From a virus (Duplodnaviria; Caudoviricetes), in IMG/VR virus record IMGVR_UViG_3300048833_000177, positions 1 through 58,593 of that record: DNA of 58,593 bases, one strand, 5' to 3'. The first letter of the stretch is position 1; every line of letters begins with the position of its first letter. Positions 8,800 through 17,364 of this stretch are shown piece after piece. The notes below the pieces were generated by a model. The model made no database searches and had not been told where the DNA came from. It saw only the letters and a program-made list of their open reading frames with translations. The position numbers and the translations under genes were made by a program.

Positions 8800-9245
8800 T
8801 GAGCCTTTTCCTTTTTTTGAGCGCCGATCTGTCAATCGGTTCAGCACTGCATCTGCCATAAGACCCCCGACCCCCATGGTCTGAGACCATGGAAGCCAGG
8901 GGCCCTACAGTTCCGACAAGCCTGTCAATTCGGACGAGACACTTGCAGAGCTGCCCCGGCGCCTTGCGGTCGCCGATATCCCTATAGTTTCCCCAGCCGC
9001 ACCTTCAGGATCTCGACCCCGCGCGCGCCGCTTCTGCTGGGAGCGCCCGCGACGGATCGCGAGCCAGCGGCATTGAAAGCCACCGGCTGGAACGGCGAGA
9101 GCGGCAGATATGGGGATTGAACGATCGAGCGACGCAATATCTTGCGTCTGAGGCCTGATTCGCCTATATCGGCTGGGCCTCGCGCTCGGTGCTGTCATCA
9201 CCGAATCTTCCGCCCTCGGGTTTCCAGACCCGGGGGCGGACTCGT
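8800..9245 (-). ncRNA. Candidate structured RNA/leader upstream of the HNH gene
   Basis: No convincing ORF; many hairpins (8824-8839, 8874-8892, 9048-9061, 9131-9148, 9186-9204, 9210-9239); minus-strand TTGACT at 9267-9272. Confidence 0.5.
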
Positions 9246-9311
9246 TTTGGGGCCGATCCTGATCGTAGTCAAGCGATCGAATAATTCTGCATAAAAAGTT
9301 TGTCGCTTCCG

Positions 9312-9340
9312 TTGACGCATAATCTTTTATGCGCTAGCTC
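9312..9340 (+). promoter_or_regulatory. Early promoter (PL-equivalent) with operator CGCATAA-TCTT-TTATGCG at 9316-9333
   Basis: TTGACG -35 and GCTAGCTC alphaproteobacterial-type -10; the palindrome lies between them; half-site TGCATAA at 9288. Confidence 0.8.
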
Positions 9341-9371
9341 TTGCATCATCGCTTCCCGACGCGAGGTGCAA

Positions 9372-9626
9372 ATGCCATCCCCATCCGAGACGACTGCTGC
9401 TGACGCGAGAGCGCTGCTTATGGCTGCGCAGAGCGCGGTCTCCGAGCACATGGATGCGATCGTCGCCCGCTTCAAGCCGGGCGTGAAGATCACCGTTCTG
9501 GTGCGGACGCCGGAGTTCCCGGGCGGCGAGCGCGACTTCCTAATGACCGACGATGATCTCGGCGACGCGATCAAGGCGCTCGAGATTCGCCGCGCTGCCG
9601 GCATGGACGCGGAGGCTCGCGGCTGA
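9372..9626 (+). CDS. Hypothetical protein
   Basis: RBS GAGG; first gene of the operon. Confidence 0.7.
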   Translation: MPSPSETTAADARALLMAAQSAVSEHMDAIVARFKPGVKITVLVRTPEFPGGERDFLMTDDDLGDAIKALEIRRAAGMDAEARG

Positions 9627-9931
9627 TGCCATCCACCAAGCACACGCTGGAAACGACGTGGCCGTATGGCTGCGATGACGTCGAGGTCGAGATCGGCTTC
9701 ACGTTCGAGCCGGGCTATCCCGGCGACCCGATCGGCTATTGCGCCGACACCGCGGAGATCGAGAGCGTCTTCATCGTCTCCGGCGGCCGCCGCCCGGCTT
9801 CGAACGCCATGATCGAGGCGATCAACGCCAGCGCCGAGATTTACCAGCAGATGGTCGATCTCGCGAACAGCGAGCGCGTGCCGGATCCGGATGCCGCGCG
9901 CGACGCTATGGCCGATCTGGTGCTGCCATGA
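9626..9931 (+). CDS. Hypothetical acidic protein
   Basis: TGATG coupling. Confidence 0.7.
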   Translation: MPSTKHTLETTWPYGCDDVEVEIGFTFEPGYPGDPIGYCADTAEIESVFIVSGGRRPASNAMIEAINASAEIYQQMVDLANSERVPDPDAARDAMADLVLP

Positions 9932-10293
9932 GCATCCTCACGATCAAGCACAGCCCGGCGCCGTTCGATGTCCGCGTCGTGGATTGCGTGGCGTACCTGT
10001 CTTCGCCGAATCGTGGCGCCGGCAAGCCGGTGCTGGGCCGGTCCTCGTGGCTGGATTTCTCGCAGGTGGTCGTCAAGTCGCGTGACAGCGACAAGCCTGA
10101 TCCCGAAGGCGTCGCGAACCTGAACCTGTTCCGCGCCGCACCCGCTCTTCTGCAGGTCGCGATCGCCTTCGTGCACGAGCACGCCAAGCGCGGTGGCGTC
10201 TACGACCAGATCCTTCCGATCGACCAGCAGGACAGCATGGTCCGTGCGGCCATGCGCGCCGTCGAGGAAGCTCTCAGCGGAGAACTGCCATGA
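9928..10293 (+). CDS. Hypothetical protein
   Basis: ATGA coupling; ANLNLFRAAPALL motif common in small phage proteins. Confidence 0.7.
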   Translation: MSILTIKHSPAPFDVRVVDCVAYLSSPNRGAGKPVLGRSSWLDFSQVVVKSRDSDKPDPEGVANLNLFRAAPALLQVAIAFVHEHAKRGGVYDQILPIDQQDSMVRAAMRAVEEALSGELP

Positions 10294-10442
10294 CCGGGCT
10301 GATCTCGTTCGTCCTGCTCGTCATGGGCGGCCTCGTCCTCATGAGCGCCGGGATGCTCAAAGAAGAGGGCAGGGATTTGTCCGCGAACTTCTGCCTCGCC
10401 TTCGGCTTCATCCTGCTGCTCTGCGCGTGGTGGCTGGCATGA
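10290..10442 (+). CDS. Small protein with two transmembrane segments
   Basis: MTGLISFVLLVMGGLVLM...FGFILLLCAWWLA; ATGA overlaps at both ends. Confidence 0.6.
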   Translation: MTGLISFVLLVMGGLVLMSAGMLKEEGRDLSANFCLAFGFILLLCAWWLA

Positions 10443-10747
10443 GCCCGCACCAGCACGTCTACGACCGCGTGATCGGCATGATGGCGGACCTTCTCTGCCT
10501 GTCGCCGCAGGTCGATCCTGCTGACGACGCCGAGTGCCGCGCCCGCTGGCGCCAGCAGCGCATCGCCGAGATTGCCATTCAAGAGTTCGGGCCCGACGCC
10601 AAGGCCATCGTCCAGGCGCGGCTCGCACGAGATGCCGGAGACGGCCACCAGATCGAGAGGGGCGGCGGTGCGAATGACCGTTGCAATGAGGCACGCCGCG
10701 ATGGCGCGCCCCTCTCGGTGCCTTCGCGCGCCGAGGAGGCAGCATGA
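10439..10747 (+). CDS. Hypothetical protein
   Basis: Coupled ORF. Confidence 0.5.
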   Translation: MSPHQHVYDRVIGMMADLLCLSPQVDPADDAECRARWRQQRIAEIAIQEFGPDAKAIVQARLARDAGDGHQIERGGGANDRCNEARRDGAPLSVPSRAEEAA

Positions 10748-11013
10748 CCATCCGGCTTCATCAGGCCTGCCTGTTCACCTCGTCGCCGATCAGCGACTGC
10801 GGCCGCGACATGGTCGTCCCTGAGCCCGTGCTCGCCTCGCACTGGCCGCTGGCCTTCATCGGCGCGGTGCTGGTCGGCTGGGTCGGCTGGAACTTCCTCT
10901 GCGCGCTCTACCCGAAGCGCATCGTCTGGCAGCAGCCGGCAGAGCCCGCATGGGACACCGGCGACGAAGAGCGCCCCACCATCGAAATCCGCGCGCGTCG
11001 CGCCGGCGAGTGA
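10744..11013 (+). CDS. Hypothetical membrane protein
   Basis: RBS GAGGAGG; one hydrophobic segment. Confidence 0.6.
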   Translation: MTIRLHQACLFTSSPISDCGRDMVVPEPVLASHWPLAFIGAVLVGWVGWNFLCALYPKRIVWQQPAEPAWDTGDEERPTIEIRARRAGE

Positions 11014-11040
11014 CCACCCACCACCTCGAAAGGAATCCCG

Positions 11041-11316
11041 ATGACCATCTCCGAACTCCTCCGCAACGCCTCCGAGAAGGAAGACGCGGTCGGCGCCGAC
11101 GTGATCGCCGCCATCATGAATGCCGACACCCTGGCCCGGCAGAACCTCTCCGGCCGGCAGGTCGTCACCGGCGCCGACGTCATGCGGCTCGGCAAGGTGC
11201 TGGCGCTCTACGCCGACATGCGCCCGCCTGGCGAAGGCGCCGAGGCGTTCCGGAAGCCATCGAACGTCCGCCCGGCCGCGCCCGGCCCCGCGGCTTCTGA
11301 GCAGGCGGCCGCGTGA
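11041..11316 (+). CDS. Hypothetical protein
   Basis: RBS AAGGA; phage-like codon usage. Confidence 0.7.
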   Translation: MTISELLRNASEKEDAVGADVIAAIMNADTLARQNLSGRQVVTGADVMRLGKVLALYADMRPPGEGAEAFRKPSNVRPAAPGPAASEQAAA

Positions 11317-11528
11317 TGGGTATGATTTCAGGCACCTCCGGCATCGCTGGCGCCTACGGCGTTTCTTCATCCACCACCAGCACGAAGGCGTCACGCCGCC
11401 AGCAGCACCCGTCCGAATGGGTCAGCCGCTGCCAGCGCAACGGCAAGCGCGAGATCGCGCGGCGGCTTCGCCAGATCGCCTCCGGCCACATCACGGAAGC
11501 CAACGGTCTCGTTCGTTCGACGACCTGA
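11313..11528 (+). CDS. Small basic hypothetical protein
   Basis: QRNGKREIARRLRQI; coupled ORF. Confidence 0.55.
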   Translation: MMGMISGTSGIAGAYGVSSSTTSTKASRRQQHPSEWVSRCQRNGKREIARRLRQIASGHITEANGLVRSTT

Positions 11529-11568
11529 CAGCGGCTCAGAGCCGCCATCCTCCGACAAGGACACCACA

Positions 11569-12630
11569 ATGACCGACGCCGCCGACCCGAATGACTGGTC
11601 CGTCTGGACCGCACTGCTGAAGAGCGGCGGCTCGCCGAAGCCCGACAGCGAGGTGAGCACGGGATACTGGCGCCTGCCGAACGGCACAGCCGGCACCGCG
11701 ATCCCGATCGCCAGCTATTTCTATGCGCCCGACGAGGCCAAGCCGGCCAAGGGCGTGTGGATGGCGACCGTCAAGGGCCGCGACATCGACCAGAACGATG
11801 GCGAGGAATGGCTGTCGTTCGTCGCCAACCGCTGGCCGAAGCTGAAGGCCGTCAGCGATTCCGATTACGAGACCGCGCTCAGCACCGGCATGTGGCCGGA
11901 TGGCACGCCGGTCGAGAAGCGCGACGGCATCGGCGGGAACCAGCCTCCTGAGGACATGCCCAGGGAGCAGGTTCTGGCGCAGCGGCTTGCCGATCTGGAG
12001 GCCGAAGTTCTGGCATGGCTGAAGAGCATCGGCTGGAAGCCGGAGACGAAGGGCTGGCGCCCGACGACGAAGGCGGATGCCGACAAGACCGTTGTCTATC
12101 AGGCCCACTTCCAGGAGATCGAGAGCGAGGCGGAGAAGGCTCGCGTCGCCGAGAGCGACCCGCTGCACAAGGCGTGGAAGGCCGCCATTGAGAAGTGGAA
12201 GCCGGTCGTCTCCGGCGCGAAGCTTCTGAAGGATCAGGTCTACGATCTGGGCCAGGCCTATCTCAAGGCGGAGAATGATCGGCTGCGTGAAGAGGCTCGT
12301 ATCGAATCCGAGCGGCGCGCCGAGGATGCCCGCAAGGCTGCGGCTGCGGCCGCGGCGAATGCTGAGCCTGCCGCGCCGCCACCACCTGCGCCGGAGCCCG
12401 TCGTCGTCGAGACAGTCTCGATCGGCGCAACGCGCAAGATGACAGAGCACAAGCTCCCGCCGCAGGTCGAGGTCGGCGATGACGCCGCCTTCGCCGCGTT
12501 CCTTGCCGCCGAGGCGGATCCAGACCTGAAAGCCTGCCTGCTGAAGGTGGCTCGCGCCAAGGTCAGGGCGAACGTCGCGCACCTGCCTGGCGTGCTCGTC
12601 GACGGCAAGCCGCGCGTCGCCGCCTCCTGA
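11569..12630 (+). CDS. Conserved phage coiled-coil protein upstream of the recombinase
   Basis: IGGNQPPED motif, long helical region, C-terminal LPGV. Confidence 0.75.
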   Translation: MTDAADPNDWSVWTALLKSGGSPKPDSEVSTGYWRLPNGTAGTAIPIASYFYAPDEAKPAKGVWMATVKGRDIDQNDGEEWLSFVANRWPKLKAVSDSDYETALSTGMWPDGTPVEKRDGIGGNQPPEDMPREQVLAQRLADLEAEVLAWLKSIGWKPETKGWRPTTKADADKTVVYQAHFQEIESEAEKARVAESDPLHKAWKAAIEKWKPVVSGAKLLKDQVYDLGQAYLKAENDRLREEARIESERRAEDARKAAAAAAANAEPAAPPPPAPEPVVVETVSIGATRKMTEHKLPPQVEVGDDAAFAAFLAAEADPDLKACLLKVARAKVRANVAHLPGVLVDGKPRVAAS

Positions 12631-12661
12631 TCAACCGCTACCGCTGAAGGACATCACGCAC

Positions 12662-14278
12662 ATGAACGCTGTCGCCCAATTCCAGCCACCACGCCTGCCC
12701 TACCATCCCGTTATGCAGGAGCGCTTCGGCGTCGATGCCAGCGGCTGGAAGGCGCTGGTCGAGGCCATATATCCGCTCGCCAAGACGCAGGACTCGGTCG
12801 CCATGGCGCTGTCCTACTGCAAGGCGCGCAAGCTCGACCCGTTCAAGAAGCCTGTTCACATCGTCCCCATGTGGGATGCCAAGGCGGGCCCCGAGGGGAC
12901 CGGGGCTTTCGTCGAAACCGTTTGGCCTGGCATCTCTGAGGTCCGCACCACCGCCTTCCGCACCGGGCAGTATGCCGGCTGCGATGAGACCGAGTTCGGC
13001 CCGGAGATCACGCAGACCTTCACCGCGCTGAAGGACAAGTGGGAGAACCGTCGGAAGGTCGGGACCGAGGAGGTTTCCGTCACGGTCACGTTCCCCGAAT
13101 GGGCGCGCATGACGGTCTACCGCGACCTCGGCGGCCGCACCTGCAAGTTCGTCGGACCGAAGGTCTACTGGCTCGAGAGCTATGCCAGCCAGGGCAAGCT
13201 CGACATCCCCAATTCCATGTGGGCCGACCGCCCGATCGGCCAGATCGAGAAGTGCGCGGAGGCTGCCGCGCTGCGCAAGGCCTTCCCGGAGGAGATCGGT
13301 AACGACCTGACGGCGGAGGAAATGCACGGGCGCCGCGTCGATGCCGACTTCGCGGGGCCGGAGGTCGCTGAGCCCGCGCGCCGCCAGCCGCCGGCGCCGC
13401 CCAAGGTCGAGGATGCCGTCGTCACGGAGGTCAAGCCGGCCGGTCGCGCTCCGAAGCCACCGCATGACCCGGACAACGGCGAGATCGACCAGCCGCAGGC
13501 CGCCGCTCCGGAGCCGGTCAAGGTCACCAGCGGCAGCGCGGCGCCGGCGGAGCAGCAGGACACCACCAAGGCGAGCCGCAAGCCCCGCGGCTGGGCCAAG
13601 CTCTTCGAGCATGCGCGCATCGTCATCGAGGACGGCAAGTTCACGAAGGACGCCGATGGCTTCGCCACGATCGGCGAGTTGGCCTCTGATGGCGACATCG
13701 CCGACGCCGACCTCGTCCTGAAGGACAACGTCATCGTCAAGAACGAGGTGGTGCTGCCGGGCGCCGAGCCTGCGGTCGACCCGGCCGCGGCCATGGCGAA
13801 GTTCGAACGCGACTTCGCGGCGGCCGACAGCCTCGATGCGCTGAATGCCGCCGCCCAAGCGAACGAGGCGGCCTATCTAAAGCTCAAGGCGGCTGGACAG
13901 CACGCGCCGGCGGACAAGCTCTTCCGAGAGGCCGAGGCGCGGATCATGAAGGCCGACGCCGAGGCCGAAATGGCTGCCGGAAAGATCGCCGACCCGGTCT
14001 CCGCCGAGGAGCGCGGCCCGCCGGTCGATGACGACTTCCCCGGCGATCGCCCGTCCGCCAGCGCGGCGCCGGTCAAGCCGGAGAAGATGGAGCCGCCCGA
14101 ACTCGAAAGGTACATGCGCGCCTATATCGCTGAGGCCACCGACATCGAGGCGCTCAAGAAGCGCTGGTACATCGACGAAGACCTCCGCGACAAGCTGGAC
14201 GACAAGACCCGCGCGGAACTGCGGACGCTGTGGAAGGCCAAGACGGAAGAACTCCGCTCGGCCCAGGCTGGCGGCTGA
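12662..14278 (+). CDS. bet: Bet/RecT-family ssDNA-annealing protein with a long C-terminal extension
   Basis: CKARKLDPFKKPVHIVPMW, RTTAFRTGQYAG, W..RP..QIEKCAEAAALRKAFPEE. Confidence 0.88.
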   Translation: MNAVAQFQPPRLPYHPVMQERFGVDASGWKALVEAIYPLAKTQDSVAMALSYCKARKLDPFKKPVHIVPMWDAKAGPEGTGAFVETVWPGISEVRTTAFRTGQYAGCDETEFGPEITQTFTALKDKWENRRKVGTEEVSVTVTFPEWARMTVYRDLGGRTCKFVGPKVYWLESYASQGKLDIPNSMWADRPIGQIEKCAEAAALRKAFPEEIGNDLTAEEMHGRRVDADFAGPEVAEPARRQPPAPPKVEDAVVTEVKPAGRAPKPPHDPDNGEIDQPQAAAPEPVKVTSGSAAPAEQQDTTKASRKPRGWAKLFEHARIVIEDGKFTKDADGFATIGELASDGDIADADLVLKDNVIVKNEVVLPGAEPAVDPAAAMAKFERDFAAADSLDALNAAAQANEAAYLKLKAAGQHAPADKLFREAEARIMKADAEAEMAAGKIADPVSAEERGPPVDDDFPGDRPSASAAPVKPEKMEPPELERYMRAYIAEATDIEALKKRWYIDEDLRDKLDDKTRAELRTLWKAKTEELRSAQAGG

Positions 14279-14281
14279 CCG

Positions 14282-14722
14282 ATGGCCCGCCGCGCCCAGA
14301 ACAAGCCGGTGACGATCCTGCGCGTCGTGCGCGGCGGGTACGAGCCTGTCGCTGCGATCGACGCGGAGTTTCACGCCGGCCTGCCGCTGGGCGCGGAGGT
14401 GACCGCAATCATCGACCGGGACAAGAGCAACCCGCAGCTAAGGCTCTTCTGGGGCTTCCTCGGGTGGGTGGTCGAGAACACCGACGACTATGGCAACTCG
14501 CGCGCTCTCGCCAACGCGCTGCTGGTCGAGCTCGGCTACGCCGACAGCTTCCGCCTGATGGACGGCAGCATGCAGGTCTTCCCGCAGTCGATCGCGGAGA
14601 TGGACGACGCGGAGTTCCAGGCGTTCTGCACCAAGGCGTTCGACCGCGTGTTCGGCGAGTTCGGGCTCGATGTCGACGTCTACAAGGCGGAGATGGCGGC
14701 CAAGGCCGGAGGGCGCCGGTGA
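14282..14722 (+). CDS. DUF1367/NinB-like recombination-associated protein
   Basis: KSNPQLRLFWG...PQSIAEMDDAEFQAF. Confidence 0.6.
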   Translation: MARRAQNKPVTILRVVRGGYEPVAAIDAEFHAGLPLGAEVTAIIDRDKSNPQLRLFWGFLGWVVENTDDYGNSRALANALLVELGYADSFRLMDGSMQVFPQSIAEMDDAEFQAFCTKAFDRVFGEFGLDVDVYKAEMAAKAGGRR

Positions 14723-14973
14723 TGCGCGTCCGCAGCCGCCTTCCCCGCAAGCAGGTCGTGATGAACGGCACCGAGCGCCCCGTCGGTATGTGGCGGATCG
14801 CTGGCGTCGGCCCCTTCAAGTGGATCCTGTCGCATCGGTGGTTCTTCCGCGCCATGGGCGAGGACGGCTTCCGGTCGATCTACACGCCGAAGCCTGCGCG
14901 CCGGCGGCGCAAGGTGATCCCCGGCCTCGACCGGCGCCACGCCTACCTGCTCGACGACGGGATGCCGTTCTGA
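14722..14973 (+). CDS. Basic hypothetical protein
   Basis: TGATG overlaps at both ends. Confidence 0.55.
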   Translation: MRVRSRLPRKQVVMNGTERPVGMWRIAGVGPFKWILSHRWFFRAMGEDGFRSIYTPKPARRRRKVIPGLDRRHAYLLDDGMPF

Positions 14974-15404
14974 TGCGCGCAAAGGATCACAGGAAGCCGA
15001 TCCCGGTCGGCGTGAAACTGAAGAGTTCGCTGCTGGCGGCAGGCTTCAGCGAGGAAGCGATCGAGGGTGGGCATATCCAGTTCGATCATTTCCCGGCGCT
15101 CGGCATCCGCCCGGTCGACGAGCACGGTCAGATCCAGCCGCCGGCGAACGACTATCGCTACATCCGCCCGATGCTGAAGGCGGATCACGACATCAAAACC
15201 CGCGGACGCGGCGCCACCACCGCCGGCAGTGATGTCGGAAACGCCGCGAAGGTGAAGCGCCTCGAGCGCGATCCCCGGGGCGGCGAAGAGTTCCGGCGCC
15301 GGCTGCTCGCAAAGGCAGAAGGCAAGCCACCACCAGAGACGAAGAAGCGGAAGCGGCCATGGCCGTCCCGCCCGTTCCCGAACCAGAGGAAGGACAAGAG
15401 ATGA
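14973..15404 (+). CDS. Degenerate HNH-like protein
   Basis: QFDHFPALG...DHDIKT...DVGNAAKVKR. Confidence 0.55.
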   Translation: MRAKDHRKPIPVGVKLKSSLLAAGFSEEAIEGGHIQFDHFPALGIRPVDEHGQIQPPANDYRYIRPMLKADHDIKTRGRGATTAGSDVGNAAKVKRLERDPRGGEEFRRRLLAKAEGKPPPETKKRKRPWPSRPFPNQRKDKR

Positions 15405-15607
15405 AGGCCTCGATGAAGCTGACGAAGCCCGACGACGTCGAGGCGACGATCACGCTGACGATGACGCTGGCGCAGTGGAAGTTGCTGCGCGTGTCAGTGG
15501 TCGACGACGCGGGCTACCAGCCGGGCGGCAAGCTGCGCGAGGCGATCGACGATCTCGTGCGGCAGGCGACGAAAGCGTTCTACTCAGGCGAGGACGATTT
15601 CGCATGA
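15401..15607 (+). CDS. Hypothetical protein
   Basis: Coupled ORF. Confidence 0.6.
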   Translation: MKASMKLTKPDDVEATITLTMTLAQWKLLRVSVVDDAGYQPGGKLREAIDDLVRQATKAFYSGEDDFA

Positions 15608-15963
15608 CCGCGCTCGCCACCTTCCTCGCCACGGCGAAGCGGATCGAGGGGCTGCTCGACCAAGTCGAGACCGTGCGCAGGCTGCCGGATGCGGCCGCGG
15701 ACGGAGTCCGCGGGGTCCGCATCGAGTCGAGCTACTACGACAGCAGCGGCGCGCTTGCGAAAGCGGCCGGCGAGATCAAGACGCGCCTGACGGCCGAAAA
15801 GCGAGCCGAGGGCGAGGCCGCGCGCGACGCCCGCCTCGCCGAGATCGCCGCCGAGCTCACCGCCCTGCGCGCCGTCCTTCCGCAGCAAGCCGCCGCGGTC
15901 GCCATCGAACTCGGCCATCAGGCCAGGATGCTGCAGCACGAAGCCAATGGAGGGACGGTGTGA
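15604..15963 (+). CDS. Hypothetical coiled-coil protein
   Basis: Coupled ORF. Confidence 0.6.
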   Translation: MTALATFLATAKRIEGLLDQVETVRRLPDAAADGVRGVRIESSYYDSSGALAKAAGEIKTRLTAEKRAEGEAARDARLAEIAAELTALRAVLPQQAAAVAIELGHQARMLQHEANGGTV

Positions 15964-16535
15964 GCGACCTCCTGATCACGCGCGGCGCGAAGATCTCGGC
16001 CTGCGGCACCTTCCGAAGCCAGCTCTGGCGGCGCACAGCGCAGCACGGCGCGATGATCTTCATCATGCTGAATCCGAGCACGGCGGATGCGGAGCGCGAC
16101 GACCCGACGATCCGCCGCTGCATGGCGTTCGCGCGCCGTGAGGGGCTGGGCTCGGTGCATGTCGTGAACCTGTTCACGCACCGCTCGCCGTCGCCGCGCT
16201 CGCTCTGGGAAGGCTCCGACCCGGCTGGGCCCGAGGCGCTTTACGCGATCCGCGACGCCATCACGCTCGCCGATCCGGAGAAGCACACGGTCGAGATGCG
16301 CAAGGCAATCGGCCACGAGATCCCGTTCGACCGAATCGTCTGCGCATGGGGTGCCCTGCCCTCCGGGGCGCCCGACTGGTTCCGCATCATGCACAAGGAC
16401 CATGTCGCCGAGGTCGTCGCCTACGCCCGCGACATGGGCCGCACCCTCTGGTGCCTGGGGCGAACCGCCAGCGGCGCACCGCGCCATCCCCTCTACGTCC
16501 GCAATGATCAACCGCTGGAAAGGTGGCCGTCATGA
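15960..16535 (+). CDS. DUF1643-family protein
   Basis: FIMLNPSTAD...DDPTIRRC...VVNLF...VCAWG...PRHPLY. Confidence 0.85.
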   Translation: MSDLLITRGAKISACGTFRSQLWRRTAQHGAMIFIMLNPSTADAERDDPTIRRCMAFARREGLGSVHVVNLFTHRSPSPRSLWEGSDPAGPEALYAIRDAITLADPEKHTVEMRKAIGHEIPFDRIVCAWGALPSGAPDWFRIMHKDHVAEVVAYARDMGRTLWCLGRTASGAPRHPLYVRNDQPLERWPS

Positions 16536-17074
16536 AGCCCCGCCTCTATCTCGACCTCGACGGCGTGATGGCCGACTTCGACGCGCACTTCCCGGCGGTC
16601 TTCGGCCTCGACCACCGCAGCATGGCGGACGACGCCATGTGGCAGACCATCAACGCGCACCCGAGCTATTTCCGGGACATGCCGCCCTGCCCCGGCGCGA
16701 TCGAGTTCTATCGGGAGATCGCGCACCTCGAGCCTATCGTGCTCACCGCCTGCCCCCGCACCAACTACGCCAACGCCGCGCAGCAGAAGCGCGCCTGGGT
16801 CTACGAGCATCTCGGCTCGCACGTCACCGTGCTCCCCGTCATGGGCGGCCACAACAAGCCGCTCTTCATGCACGCGCCCGGCGACATCCTGATCGACGAC
16901 TTCGAGAAGAACACGCGCGCATGGTCGGCGGCCGGCGGCGTGGCGATCCTGCATCGCGGCTTCGCCAGCACGCGCCACGCCCTGCGCGATCATCTCGGCC
17001 AGCGCGAGACTGAGGCGCGCAAGGCTCTCGACGCCGCCCGCCGCGCGCACGAAGCCGGGTGGGACGCGGCATGA
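16532..17074 (+). CDS. HAD-family 5'(3')-deoxyribonucleotidase-like protein
   Basis: YLDLDGVMADF (DxDGV), VLTA, KRAWV, ILIDD. Confidence 0.85.
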   Translation: MKPRLYLDLDGVMADFDAHFPAVFGLDHRSMADDAMWQTINAHPSYFRDMPPCPGAIEFYREIAHLEPIVLTACPRTNYANAAQQKRAWVYEHLGSHVTVLPVMGGHNKPLFMHAPGDILIDDFEKNTRAWSAAGGVAILHRGFASTRHALRDHLGQRETEARKALDAARRAHEAGWDAA

Positions 17075-17364
17075 GCAGCCAATCTCGCACCGTCGATCTG
17101 CAGCGCGCACAGGAGATCATCCGCAGGGCGCTGCACAAGGTCGCCAAGCTCGACGATGTCCAAAAGGATCCGTTCGTGCTGCTCGTCATCATGGGCGCCA
17201 GCCTGTCGGCGGTTTTCACCGAACTGCACGCTCAGGGCGGCGCCTTGCTTGACGAAGCGCAGATCGAGCGCTCGACGGCTGCGGCAACGAAAATCATGGG
17301 CGACATGATCCGTCAGGACATGACCGGCCTCATGCGGCATCAGCGCGGGGAGACCCTACAATGA
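17071..17364 (+). CDS. Hypothetical protein
   Basis: Coupled ORF. Confidence 0.6.
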   Translation: MSSQSRTVDLQRAQEIIRRALHKVAKLDDVQKDPFVLLVIMGASLSAVFTELHAQGGALLDEAQIERSTAAATKIMGDMIRQDMTGLMRHQRGETLQ

